Shown one piece after another: positions 18,701 to 27,885 of a stretch of 64,000 nucleotides of DNA (its first letter is position 1; each line of letters begins with the position of its first letter). The notes under the pieces were generated by a model. It ran no database searches. It was not told where the DNA came from and worked only from the letters and a program-made list of their open reading frames with translations. Source of the stretch: a virus. The position numbers were made by a program, and so were the translations under genes. The stretch covers positions 4,960 to 68,959 of IMG/VR virus record IMGVR_UViG_3300038463_000277; one strand, given 5' to 3'.

Positions 18701-19108
18701 TCACCCATCCATGACACTCCGGTAACGAATCCGCCCGGAACCATCACGAATGTCTGGCGAATAGTCGCCGCCACCCTTCTGAATCCCGGCGCCGTACCCT
18801 TCGCCATAGATCACGACGTTATTCCCATCGCCCTCTTCTGTGGGGAACAACTCCTGCAACTTCGCCGCCGAGACATGCTCATACAGCCACTTAATGAGAT
18901 CGGCGTGAATCTGCGCGTTATCAGTCTTGCCGCCAAAGGTGAGCTTCCCGCCCGCCCAGACGCAGCGGATATTCGTCCCGTCAACCTTCTCAGTCCAGTG
19001 CCAAGTTTTAAGCAAGCCGTAAGTGCGATTCTTTAGCTCGCCCACGTGAACCTTGAAAGTCTTCAGGTCACGCTCGTAAAGAGTCTCGATCTTGCCGTAC
19101 TCGCTCAT
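18701..19108 (-). pseudogene. Truncated RNA ligase-family nucleotidyltransferase
   Basis: Motif I TEKVDGTN and YGEGYG present; later motifs missing after YSPD. Confidence 0.75.
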
Positions 19109-19176
19109 GCTCTCACCCTCCGCTAAAACTCTTGTGCACGCAAATATTATTTGCGTTCCCGCAATTTGTTTGGGAT

Positions 19177-19738
19177 TTATATACTTAACTCCCTAACCTC
19201 TGACAAATGAACATCGGACTGCACTTCGTTGCCCCACGTCTCCCAGCCGTTTCGTTTCTGCCGAGCGAATAGCTCCAAACGAGGACCGTGTGACACTTTC
19301 TCGATTAACTCGTAGGCCGCGTCAGGCTTCTGGGAGTGCCGCACTGGATCACCCGTCTGTATCAGGTTCGGAAAGTACCTCAACTGATCGAAGATGCACC
19401 GCTCCCGGTATCCGAGAAGCAGCGTTTGGCTCCGATGGATGACATAATTCCCGATACCGGACGGTTTAATCCAATGAATCGGGGCTAGATATTTGAATCC
19501 CCATGAGCGAAGCACCTTGGAAACCCGATTCCAGAAACGCATTCGTTGTCCACAGCCAGCAATGGCAGCCCACGTCCGCATACTCACGCACAGGCAGCCC
19601 GCAAATCGCTTCCAGCGTCATCGTGGGATACGGCAACGATGGAGGAGACCCGCCTTTCGGACGAGTGCGCTTGCCCGTCATCGGCTGTTGCCAAGGCGGA
19701 TCAGCGAGGATCGTCCGAAACTGAGTCAAGGGAGTCAT
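19177..19738 (-). pseudogene. MT-A70 family adenine methyltransferase, frameshifted
   Basis: ILADPPW and WTTNAFL in one frame; WGFKY, HSQKP and RLELFAR in the next; one extra base near 19519. Confidence 0.85.
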
Positions 19739-19955
19739 CTATATAATTCCCATTTGTTTCTGCCTATCCCGCACGATTTGCGAGCATCCATCGCGAGAAT
19801 CACGCAAACAGCTAACACTACCGCCGCGCAAGCTAACAATATCGCCCCACAAGCTGCCCAGATGCTCACATTTCCCTTTCAAAACTCTTTCGCCCCCTCT
19901 AGTGTCCCTTTTTTATCTGCACTTCGTTTACGTTGAGAAGGTGCATTCGAGGTAC

Positions 19956-20867
19956 CTACCTACCGTCAGTCTGCTCGTTTACAATTTCACCGAAAGCAAA
20001 TTCTTGCTGCCCGAATGGTTCACAGCTTTCCGAGCATCCTGAATCCTCGTCGCCGTCGTCTGCGATCCGCGAGTTGACTAGTTCTGCTATTCCGATAATG
20101 TCGCCGGTAGTGCGTTGCTCGCGGAAGAACCGTCTTGGCCTGCCATCAGCATAGGTTCCGTACTTTTCTTCCATGCGTGCGGGGAACTCGAATACTTCTG
20201 GAGTCTCCTGCGCGATTGCCACGAGTTTGTTGATATTTTTCTTCCAGCACCAAGTACAGTTGCCCTGATAAGACTTCAGGTTTAGTCGGTAAGCATGATC
20301 CTCCCAGAAGCGATTCACGCCTCCCTTATCCGTTGGGAACATCGTAACTAGTGGGTAGATGATCTTTGCCGCCTCGGCATCGGCTCTTATACGGGAAGGC
20401 TCATCTACCCTGATGCCGATAGCCGTAAAATAGCTATCCCAGCCGATTGATGCCATGTATGAACGGATCGGATTCAGCTTCAACTCCCGAGTGCAATGCG
20501 GATACTTCTGATTCGGGATGCCGTATTTGTCGATCACGGCCTCGAAAGGCTCACCCTTCATCGCAACGCCATCAAGAGATACCAGCCGATGCGTGCAGCC
20601 GATCCTGCCCTCGTGTGTCACGGCCTCAAGTACGTGGATCGGGAAGCCCCACTCTTCATCCATTTGCCGCAAAAACTCGAACGTCTCGCGCCGCTCCTGC
20701 CCTGTATTCGCCATCACGAAGCACATTTCGTAAATGTCGTTGTAGTTTGCGAGCAACTCCTGAGCCATAAAGGCTGAAGTTTCTCCACCCGACACGCTTA
20801 CGCAAAGACGCTCCTTGCTCAAGTTTGTAGCTGCAAGCCTCGGCTCTTGGTGCTTGTGTTCGCTCAT
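19956..20867 (-). CDS. PAPS-reductase-family (PP-loop, Fe-S) protein
   Basis: VSVSGGETS PP-loop, CTRELK, GIRVDE, GNCTWC, GCSESC. Confidence 0.85.
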   Translation of the reverse strand: MSEHKHQEPRLAATNLSKERLCVSVSGGETSAFMAQELLANYNDIYEMCFVMANTGQERRETFEFLRQMDEEWGFPIHVLEAVTHEGRIGCTHRLVSLDGVAMKGEPFEAVIDKYGIPNQKYPHCTRELKLNPIRSYMASIGWDSYFTAIGIRVDEPSRIRADAEAAKIIYPLVTMFPTDKGGVNRFWEDHAYRLNLKSYQGNCTWCWKKNINKLVAIAQETPEVFEFPARMEEKYGTYADGRPRRFFREQRTTGDIIGIAELVNSRIADDGDEDSGCSESCEPFGQQEFAFGEIVNEQTDGR

Positions 20868-21082
20868 CGAATTCCACCCTGTTCAAATCCTGCTTTCATG
20901 CCTGCGATAAATGCTCTCCAGAGGCGATTTTCGAGATAATTCCCGCGCAAGAGACAATCCTCTTGCTTCGTGGCCTGCTGCCCTTCTGAACTGTCGAGCC
21001 AGTCATACCACGGACCCTTCCCTGGCCTCGTTATAGCTTCCGCGGACTTTTTACGTTTGGCCTGCTTGGATTCAGCGCTCAT
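20864..21082 (-). CDS. Hypothetical protein
   Basis: YLENRLWRAFIAG; ATGA coupling. Confidence 0.55.
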   Translation of the reverse strand: MSAESKQAKRKKSAEAITRPGKGPWYDWLDSSEGQQATKQEDCLLRGNYLENRLWRAFIAGMKAGFEQGGIR

Positions 21083-21408
21083 CCTAAATCTCCATTTATG
21101 CGGGTCAGAAGAAGATGGGCTACCTCTTCCGCCTCTACTCTGTTCCTCGGCAAGCGTCCAGCCTTCGCCTCTTCCCGTGTCGCAAATACTCGGCATCCCG
21201 GATAACAGTCCCACCACAATTCCCCGTCCAGCGAGTACCCTTCCCCATTCGGATACCAAGGATGACGCCCGTGATGTTCATGCTGCTCTCGGACCGTCGC
21301 CTCCACGACCTTACATCCACGCGGATACCTATAATCGCGGACCCACACTGTCTGCCCCGCGTTGAATCGGAAGATGGATTCCTGTCCGTCCGTGGATTCA
21401 GCGCTCAT
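21079..21408 (-). CDS. Hypothetical protein
   Basis: AAGG SD; FNAGQTVWV...VFATREEA pattern. Confidence 0.55.
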   Translation of the reverse strand: MSAESTDGQESIFRFNAGQTVWVRDYRYPRGCKVVEATVREQHEHHGRHPWYPNGEGYSLDGELWWDCYPGCRVFATREEAKAGRLPRNRVEAEEVAHLLLTRINGDLG

Positions 21409-21518
21409 CGCTTCACCTTTTCGTGAACACTGGCGGCGGCCCCGGCTTTCCCCTCTTTCGTTCCGATCATCATCCCTATCAAGGAGAGGGGTCGGCAGTC
21501 CTCCGCCGCCAACTCGCA

Positions 21519-21929
21519 CTACCAATGTGTCAAGAGCCCACTCGCGCCGATAGAGATGTAATTGCCCTTCACCCGCGCCCAGCGCGTCTTTTGATCGCGC
21601 GTATCGACATGAATAAACCCGCCGTCATAGACTCCAATGCCGCCCATGCGGAAGGCGGGCACCGCTTCCGCGAGGTTATACATTTCCTGCAACGTCTTCC
21701 CCGGAATCTTCACGTCCGCCGCCCTGCCCTGCATGTGCTGACTCTTCGAGACCCCGCCCGCTTCCGCGTTGTAGATCGGGCAGCGATACCCGCTATCGAC
21801 CTCGACCGGCCCGCCCGCTGCCGCGCGCAGCTCTTCGAGCGCCGGGATGAGCGAAGGGTCAAGCCCGATCTTCCCGCAGTGCGGGCAAGCCAGTTCACTC
21901 GTTGAGAAATGCTCGCTTAGGTCGCCCAT
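21519..21929 (-). CDS. Peptidase M15A (Zn peptidoglycan hydrolase)
   Basis: HFSTSELAC, SGYRC, SQHMQGRAAD, FIHVDTR. Confidence 0.9.
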   Translation of the reverse strand: MGDLSEHFSTSELACPHCGKIGLDPSLIPALEELRAAAGGPVEVDSGYRCPIYNAEAGGVSKSQHMQGRAADVKIPGKTLQEMYNLAEAVPAFRMGGIGVYDGGFIHVDTRDQKTRWARVKGNYISIGASGLLTHW

Positions 21930-22218
21930 GGGTCGCCCCTTTCGTCTCGGCATTCTTGCCGGGCTTGATGTCGTACAACGCGAACGCGCTCTCGACTGTG
22001 TGCTCCGCGTCTACGGTTCCGTCCGCCGTGAGCCATACCGGAACTTCTCCCGTGCCCTCGCCGATGAAACGCCGCAAGGCGTCAATCCAGCCCTGATCTA
22101 CCGCGCTCATTTTCATGTTCTCCTCCAAGAACTAGCGGGACCGGCCCCTGCAATCGTGGGACACAAGCGATTTGGTTCCTGCCACAGAACCCCGCGATTG
22201 CCGTCCTCCGGTCCCAAC

Positions 22219-22596
22219 TCATAAACTGCGCCACAGCTCAAAGCGAAACTCCGCTAGCGTCTCCGGTCGCCCTTGCAGCTTCAAGGTCGCGTTCTCCGTG
22301 TTCCCCGGCTCCCAGCTCCGCAGGAATATGCCAAGCGAGAATTCATCGAGCCCGAGCACCGAGCAAATCCATTTCTCCTGATTGCTCAGCCGCATCGGCT
22401 CCGGCTTCCCCATGACGTGCCGAAACTCCGCGCCCGTCGTCAAGCGATATTTCTGCGTCTTCGGCCAATACGTGACCTCGTGGTACATATCCGGCAGCCC
22501 GCGATTCGAGAATTCCGTGCAGCCCATCGCGTTCCCCGGCTGACACTCGACTATCGGGATCATCCTGCCGTGATCGAGCCGAAAGCGCGGTTTCAC
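22219..22596 (-). CDS. Hypothetical protein
   Basis: GGAG SD, GTGA coupling. Confidence 0.5.
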   Translation of the reverse strand: MKPRFRLDHGRMIPIVECQPGNAMGCTEFSNRGLPDMYHEVTYWPKTQKYRLTTGAEFRHVMGKPEPMRLSNQEKWICSVLGLDEFSLGIFLRSWEPGNTENATLKLQGRPETLAEFRFELWRSL

Positions 22597-22895
22597 TCCT
22601 CCGTCTCCGCCTTCGCGGCCTCTGCCGCCGCGTCTTCCTTCGCGTAAAGTTTGAGCTTGACGTACAGCGTCGAGCGCCCAATGCCGAGCGCCTTCGCCGT
22701 CCGATCCAAGTCGCCATTCAGATCGCGCAAAGTTCTCTGAATCCAGTTTTTCTCGACCTCGTAGAGCGTCAAAATGCCATGCGTTTTTTCGTCCATCGCG
22801 TCTGACCGCTCCTGTGCCCGATCATTCTGCCCGCGCTCCAGATCGCGCACCGTGCTATCAATCCAACGCTTCTCGCCTTCGCCCTTTTCCGTCAT
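22593..22895 (-). CDS. Fis-type helix-turn-helix protein
   Basis: LYEVEKNWI...TAKALGIGRSTLYVKLK, an NtrC/Fis HTH_8 signature. Confidence 0.8.
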   Translation of the reverse strand: MTEKGEGEKRWIDSTVRDLERGQNDRAQERSDAMDEKTHGILTLYEVEKNWIQRTLRDLNGDLDRTAKALGIGRSTLYVKLKLYAKEDAAAEAAKAETEE

Positions 22896-23554
22896 GCGCT
22901 CCTCCGGTCCTGATTGAGAACACCAATGCGGTAGTAGCTGCCAAGCCTTGACGCGAGCCGCTCATCGACCAAGCGCGCCACGTCCTCCAGCCCGAAATTC
23001 GTCGTCACGACCGTCGGCAGAAGCGCGTTCCCTCGGCGGTCGATCAGGTCGAGCAGACTGCGCCGCTCGTGATCGCTCAAGCTCCCACTCGCAATGTCGT
23101 CGAGTACGAGCCACATCGCCCCGGCATACTTCCGCAGGATGTCCATCTCGCTCGGCAAAGCGAGCGGATCGCGGTAGCTCTCCCGCAGCTCGGCGTAGAA
23201 GTCCGCCGCCCGTACAAAAACGGGACGCTTCCGCGCCTCGTACAAACTCCGCATCATGGCGCAAGCGAGATGCGTCTTCCCCGAGCCCGTCGGCCCCCAG
23301 AGCATTAACCCCTCGGTCGGTTTCAGGATGAACTCGGAGACATCCCGGCGAATGTCCGGGTCGAAGTCCGCGAGCTTTGCCCCGTGGAACTTTGGCGGCA
23401 AGACCGTGCGCAGGGTTTTGTCGAGAATGCACGGGCACCGCGTCGTCGAACAGTCCGGCCCGACAATCCAACCCGTATCCCCGCAGTGCGGGCACTCGCT
23501 ATTTTTTTTCATCTCGGCTACTCGTGTACTTGCTAAGGTCGGCCCTCGTGTCAT
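22892..23554 (-). CDS. DnaC/IstB-like ATPase (helicase loader)
   Basis: CPHC..CPC, GPTGSGKTHLA, LVLDDI, VTTN, RLASRL; start may be ATG 23512. Confidence 0.9.
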   Translation of the reverse strand: MTRGPTLASTRVAEMKKNSECPHCGDTGWIVGPDCSTTRCPCILDKTLRTVLPPKFHGAKLADFDPDIRRDVSEFILKPTEGLMLWGPTGSGKTHLACAMMRSLYEARKRPVFVRAADFYAELRESYRDPLALPSEMDILRKYAGAMWLVLDDIASGSLSDHERRSLLDLIDRRGNALLPTVVTTNFGLEDVARLVDERLASRLGSYYRIGVLNQDRRSA

Positions 23555-24362
23555 GAACGGCTCCTGTCGTTTCCCGCTTCACCACATCCCGGCTCCACGT
23601 CTTCGGGTCACGCCGGTACTGCGACTCGTGGAAGAACTTCGCAGCGCCGGGGATGAAATTGAATTCCGCCTTGTCCCACTTTCGGACTACCTCGGCCATG
23701 CTCTTCGTCCCCGCAAAAACCAGATCGCGACCGTCCCGCGCCACGGCCTCGACGATGGCGACCTCGACGTCATGGGGTAGGTGTTGGGGATCGAGCACCT
23801 TGGGGTACAGCTTCGCTATCTCCATCACCACGGCGTCGAGGTTGCCGTTGCTTTTCGTGAGATTTTGACTTTCGAATTTCAAACCCGCCCGGTTTTGACT
23901 CGCCGCTTTTTCCGGCTTCTCAACCGAAAGGGGGGTAGGGGGGTTCTTGGAATCAGGAATCAAAGAATCAGGAATCAAGGAATCAGCCGGGCTAGTACCA
24001 TGCTCGTCTGGTGCGAGTCCGGTGCGAGTCCGGTGCGAGTCTGGTGCTGGTATGGTGCTCTGCGCCTCTTTCACGTGTGGATTCTGATGTTTACGAAAGT
24101 TCACTATCTGCACGGCTTCGCGACCATCCGCCACGCCATAGCGACGAATGAAGCCAGCTTTCTCAAGCTCTACGCACAGTAGCGCCACGCTCACGCGACG
24201 GTATGGCAACACCTCCGCTTTGATCTGCTCCGGGCGATACCAAAGTCGCCCTTCCCGGTCGGCCATACACCACATGCCGATGAACAGGATTTGAGCCGCA
24301 AGCGGTAGGTTTGCCAGCTCCGCGTTCTTAAAAAATCCCGGCTTAATGTTCCTAGCTCTCAC
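23499..24362 (-). CDS. Phage replication initiator (replisome organiser-like)
   Basis: RARNIKPGFF...LFIGMWCMADREGR N-terminus; internal iterons; precedes DnaC. Confidence 0.8.
   Translation of the reverse strand: MRARNIKPGFFKNAELANLPLAAQILFIGMWCMADREGRLWYRPEQIKAEVLPYRRVSVALLCVELEKAGFIRRYGVADGREAVQIVNFRKHQNPHVKEAQSTIPAPDSHRTRTGLAPDEHGTSPADSLIPDSLIPDSKNPPTPLSVEKPEKAASQNRAGLKFESQNLTKSNGNLDAVVMEIAKLYPKVLDPQHLPHDVEVAIVEAVARDGRDLVFAGTKSMAEVVRKWDKAEFNFIPGAAKFFHESQYRRDPKTWSRDVVKRETTGAVHDTRADLSKYTSSRDEKK
23949..24046. repeat. Iteron-like repeats (probable origin) inside the initiator gene
   Basis: (G)GAATCA x5 at 23949-23985 and GGTGCGAGTC(C) x3 at 24010-24041. Confidence 0.7.
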
Positions 24363-24377
24363 TGTTCCCCTTCCCCA

Positions 24378-24566
24378 TCAGTGCCCCACGTGCCATCCCT
24401 CGCAGTACCAGCATCGGTATGCCGATAGCCCCTCCCGTTTCTTCCCCGCCAACGCCCTCACTGCCGCCTTCGCTGTACGTCTATCCCCATAGCGTTGCTT
24501 CCCGTAGCAGCTCGACTTGAAGCTCGGCGTTCGCATCGCGTCCGCTTTTCGGAATTTCATCGCCAA
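24378..24566 (-). CDS. Small basic Zn-binding protein
   Basis: CxGKxRY...AYRCWYCEGWHVGH. Confidence 0.6.
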   Translation of the reverse strand: MAMKFRKADAMRTPSFKSSCYGKQRYGDRRTAKAAVRALAGKKREGLSAYRCWYCEGWHVGH

Positions 24567-25037
24567 AGCCCTCCAGAGCCTCTAGGACGTTTTCCGGGTG
24601 TCACAGGGCCACCCCTTGCAATTCCGCCAGCCTACCCCTGTTTCCTGCCCCGCCTCGGCCATCCTGCGCAATCCTCGAACCCGGTTAGATCGCCCCGCGC
24701 CGGAAGTGAGGCTACCCCCCTTTTGGGAAAAGTCTCGTATTCGGACAACGAACCGGAAAAAGTTCAAGCGCGTGGGGGAGAAGCAGGGACCGGGCTCAGC
24801 ACCCCGCCGCCTTCCCTCGGGTCCGACGGGGGTCTCTCCATGGCCGGGATGGTCAAGACCCCTCCCCCCATGCCTCAAAAAAAACTTTAGTACCCTGCGT
24901 GTGTGTTACGTGACGTTGGTAACCTCGACCGTGTGACCGGCTGCCGTGTGTACGCTGTGTGTACACTGGCAAGGTGCGAGCGTCTAGCGCATTGCAAGCA
25001 ATAGGCTTAACGTTGGTGGCGTGGGTTCGGTGTGAAC

Positions 25038-25862
25038 TCATGCTGCACCCTGACCTCGGAAATACTCGACCCAATTCGCAGGGGCCTTACCCTGTGCCTT
25101 GAGTAGAGCCGCAGGGCCGAATACCTTGTTCCCGGCTGCCTCTAGAGATAATCCCTCATGCCTCGCCTTAACTCTGATTGCCTCAATAACTGTATCGGTT
25201 AGTGTTAGGCTGACAGGTATACCCAATGCGTCTAGCATCCTCGCTGCAAAAACTTCGATAGCTCTTCGCCTTGTTTCGCGGTCCTTTGCCCCTAATCCTT
25301 CGAGGTCACTCTCTAGTACAAAGTCGTGAGTATTACCCTCTGCGGGCTCTTCTAGTGCATCGCTTTCATTTTGCAGTGCTTGCGCATCATCGGAGTGCAA
25401 CGGCTTCGCTACAGGTCCGTTATGCGCCTGCACTGCGGCTGTGCGTTCCACGTGAAACGCATCCGCCTTACACTTCGCGCAATAGCACGCGGCGTGATGC
25501 TCGTGAGGAGATTTCGGGATAGTGGAATGGCTAGGACGGTTTAGAACCAAGTCGGCAATATTGACTATGCGCAGGTACTCGCGGCGTTCGACTTTGTAAC
25601 GTTCGATCAGGTCCGCATCGGCGAGCTGTGCAAGCCATTCGACAACGTTCGCGATGGTAGCGTCGCCTTCGGCGGGGAAGATATAGCTTTGGAGAGCACG
25701 CGGCGAATACTCCATCCGCCCCATGTCGTCACAGAAACACGTGAGGCCAACGTACAGCCACCGGGCGGAGTGCGAGCACTCGGCGAGGGCGTCATCTGAA
25801 AAGTAAGTGGGGCGAATCTTGCGAACTCTTGGCAAGGGTAAAACCTTTCGGTTTACCCTCAT
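25038..25862 (-). CDS. Second replication-initiator-like protein
   Basis: RVRKIRPTYF...LYVGLTCFCDDMGR aligns with the N-terminus of 23499-24362. Confidence 0.7.
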   Translation of the reverse strand: MRVNRKVLPLPRVRKIRPTYFSDDALAECSHSARWLYVGLTCFCDDMGRMEYSPRALQSYIFPAEGDATIANVVEWLAQLADADLIERYKVERREYLRIVNIADLVLNRPSHSTIPKSPHEHHAACYCAKCKADAFHVERTAAVQAHNGPVAKPLHSDDAQALQNESDALEEPAEGNTHDFVLESDLEGLGAKDRETRRRAIEVFAARMLDALGIPVSLTLTDTVIEAIRVKARHEGLSLEAAGNKVFGPAALLKAQGKAPANWVEYFRGQGAA

Positions 25863-25941
25863 TCCTGATCAGCTCGGGGAAGCGGTTAGGAGTCCGAACT
25901 GTACTACCGGAAGAACTTTGGTGTCAAGCGGAATGTTACGC

Positions 25942-26016
25942 AAGTTATCTATACAGGGATACCCTCTACCTTTACTCTAGTTACATAAGCCGAACGAATC
26001 GGCAGGGAGCAAAAAA
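25942..26016 (+). promoter_or_regulatory. Early cassette 1: promoter/operator, GCCG hairpin and SD
   Basis: AAGTTATCTATACAGGGATACCCTCT...AAGCCGAACGAATCGGCAGGGAG. Confidence 0.7.
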
Positions 26017-26559
26017 ATGAGAACCGCAGGCGCACTAAATGCACAAATGATTCTGAGCGATGCCGGGCTAGATGGCGCATGGGCGCTGTTCATCGGCGAA
26101 ATTCCCGAGGGTCGGCAACCGTTCGAAGAGACCACAATTCGCGACATCGTAGGCAAGCTGGTACGTTACGGCAGCGTCTCCGAAAAGCAAACCAACTTCG
26201 TGCGCTCACTACTGGCAAAGATTCCCCAGCGCGCGCAGATCGCAGCCGAGCGCGCAACCGAGCGCGACGCGGCGAGCGATGCACCCGAGGGTAAGCAAGT
26301 CGTCACGGGCGAGGTACTCAAGGCGGAGTATCGCGAATCGCAGTACGGCGAACAATACAAGATGCTCGTGAAATCGGCAGCCGGGTGGCTGGTTTGGTCA
26401 ACCGTGCCCGCAGCCCTTGGCACTGTCAAGCGCGGCGATGTGGTCACATTCCAAGCAACATTAGAGCGTTCGAAGGATGACGCGAAATTCTGCTTCGCGA
26501 AACGTCCAACCGTACCGAATGCACTGCGGGTAGTCTCGACCACGGAAGGGGGCCAGTAA
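26017..26559 (+). CDS. Early protein with C-terminal OB-fold-like domain
   Basis: VTGEVLK...VKRGDVVTFQAT...FCFAKRPT. Confidence 0.7.
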   Translation: MRTAGALNAQMILSDAGLDGAWALFIGEIPEGRQPFEETTIRDIVGKLVRYGSVSEKQTNFVRSLLAKIPQRAQIAAERATERDAASDAPEGKQVVTGEVLKAEYRESQYGEQYKMLVKSAAGWLVWSTVPAALGTVKRGDVVTFQATLERSKDDAKFCFAKRPTVPNALRVVSTTEGGQ

Positions 26560-26888
26560 TGTCGAACTCAATCGCCAACACAATTCTCGAACAGCTCGGC
26601 GGGCATAAATTCGCGGTCATGACCGGCGCGAAAAACTTTATCGGCTCGGCTGACTCTCTCTCCTTCCGCCTACCGGGCGGGGGCGGATTCTGTAAGGCGG
26701 GCATTAACGGTGTGCGCATCACGCTGGCGGCTGACGATACTTACACCGTGATATTCATGAAAACACGCGGCAGTGTGGTGCCTAAGCTCATCTCCGAGCA
26801 CACCGGCATTTACTTTGACGGACTGCGCGAGCTGTTCGAACGCGAGACCGGATTGCGTACCGCGATGGGGAAAGTGATCTTTCAGTAA
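26559..26888 (+). CDS. Conserved phage/plasmid early protein
   Basis: IANTILEQLGG...MTGAKNF...DDTY...FERETGL. Confidence 0.7.
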   Translation: MSNSIANTILEQLGGHKFAVMTGAKNFIGSADSLSFRLPGGGGFCKAGINGVRITLAADDTYTVIFMKTRGSVVPKLISEHTGIYFDGLRELFERETGLRTAMGKVIFQ

Positions 26889-26904
26889 CTCGCAGAATGT
26901 TACT

Positions 26905-26982
26905 AGGGTGCCGTTGACAGGGGCACCCTCTGTGCTAGACTAGGAACATCAAAGCCGATAACGAAACGGCAGGGAGAAAAAA
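26905..26982 (+). promoter_or_regulatory. Early cassette 2: sigma70-type promoter, hairpin and SD
   Basis: TTGACA-16nt-TAGACT; AGGGTGCC/GGCACCCT inverted repeat around the -35; AAAGCCGATAACGAAACGGCAGGGAG. Confidence 0.75.
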
Positions 26983-27519
26983 ATGTTAGGTTCAAACAAA
27001 ATCAGCTTTTTACGCGGCGCGGTCAACGTCACACCGACCGATGCAAAGCACATTCACGTGAGCACGAACAGCGAACCGCTTACCGTCAACAACGTGGTTA
27101 TCAATGCGAGCGCGCACTATCACTTGTGGGCGGATGGCGCTTGGCACATCGGCCCGGAAGATAACCGCAACATGGCGCAATGGCACGCGCTCAGCCTGTC
27201 CAAAGTGAACCGCAAAAACTACAACGACACACCGTCGAACTCGGCGCGCGAAAAGGTCGCGGCGATCCTGACACCGTTGGTCAATGAATGGGTTCTCGCG
27301 AACCCGGTCGCGGTTTTTAACGCGGAACTGGCGGACATCGAAAAGCAGATTGAGCGCGCGTCAATCAAGGCGATGGAAACGCGCTCGGCTGCGGCGCTGG
27401 CACAGCAAGAATTAGAAGCACTGGAGTTAAAGCTCGCCGAGGCAAAAGGCGAACCGACAACGCGGTTGACGTACTCGCAAACTTGGCAAGCGAACCTCGA
27501 CGTGAAAGGGGGCAAATAA
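26983..27519 (+). CDS. Early hypothetical protein
   Basis: Follows cassette 2. Confidence 0.7.
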   Translation: MLGSNKISFLRGAVNVTPTDAKHIHVSTNSEPLTVNNVVINASAHYHLWADGAWHIGPEDNRNMAQWHALSLSKVNRKNYNDTPSNSAREKVAAILTPLVNEWVLANPVAVFNAELADIEKQIERASIKAMETRSAAALAQQELEALELKLAEAKGEPTTRLTYSQTWQANLDVKGGK

Positions 27520-27788
27520 TGCGCGCGCCGTCTGTACTCTGTTCCTGCGGTAATACCGTGTCACTGCCAGTAGTCAAGGGCTTGCCGATGTCCTACCAGT
27601 GCGTATGTGGGAAGAACTACGATGCGCAAGGGATGGAAGAGTGCGACGCGGATGACATTTGTCTCTGCGGCGCGCCGTCGCGCGCTGGGGTTTGCTCGGA
27701 TCGGGTTTGCGTGTGCTCGCCGAAGGGCTCGGCATTCACTCCCGACACCGACGCGGAGAACGCCGCAAAAAAGAAATCAGGTAACTAG
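27519..27788 (+). CDS. Cys-rich small protein
   Basis: TAATG coupling; several CxC pairs. Confidence 0.55.
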   Translation: MRAPSVLCSCGNTVSLPVVKGLPMSYQCVCGKNYDAQGMEECDADDICLCGAPSRAGVCSDRVCVCSPKGSAFTPDTDAENAAKKKSGN

Positions 27789-27793
27789 TACCG

Positions 27794-27885
27794 AAGTTAT
27801 CTAGACAGGTTCACCCTCTGCAAGTAAGATCATCACAGTAAGCAACTAGAAAAACCGGATACGAACCGGCTAAGGGGAAAATAAA
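27794..27885 (+). promoter_or_regulatory. Early cassette 3
   Basis: AAGTTATCTAGACAGGTTCACCCTCT...TAAGAT...ACCGGATACGAACCGGCTAAGGGG. Confidence 0.75.

Noticed and set aside
18449-18703. UGA readthrough from the RNA ligase into the 18637 ORF
   Set aside because: In frame, but no ligase motifs follow and no SECIS-like stem; a deletion scar explains it better
19519-19527. Programmed -1 frameshift at G GGT TTC
   Set aside because: The -1 frame terminates after about a dozen codons; the enzyme needs +1
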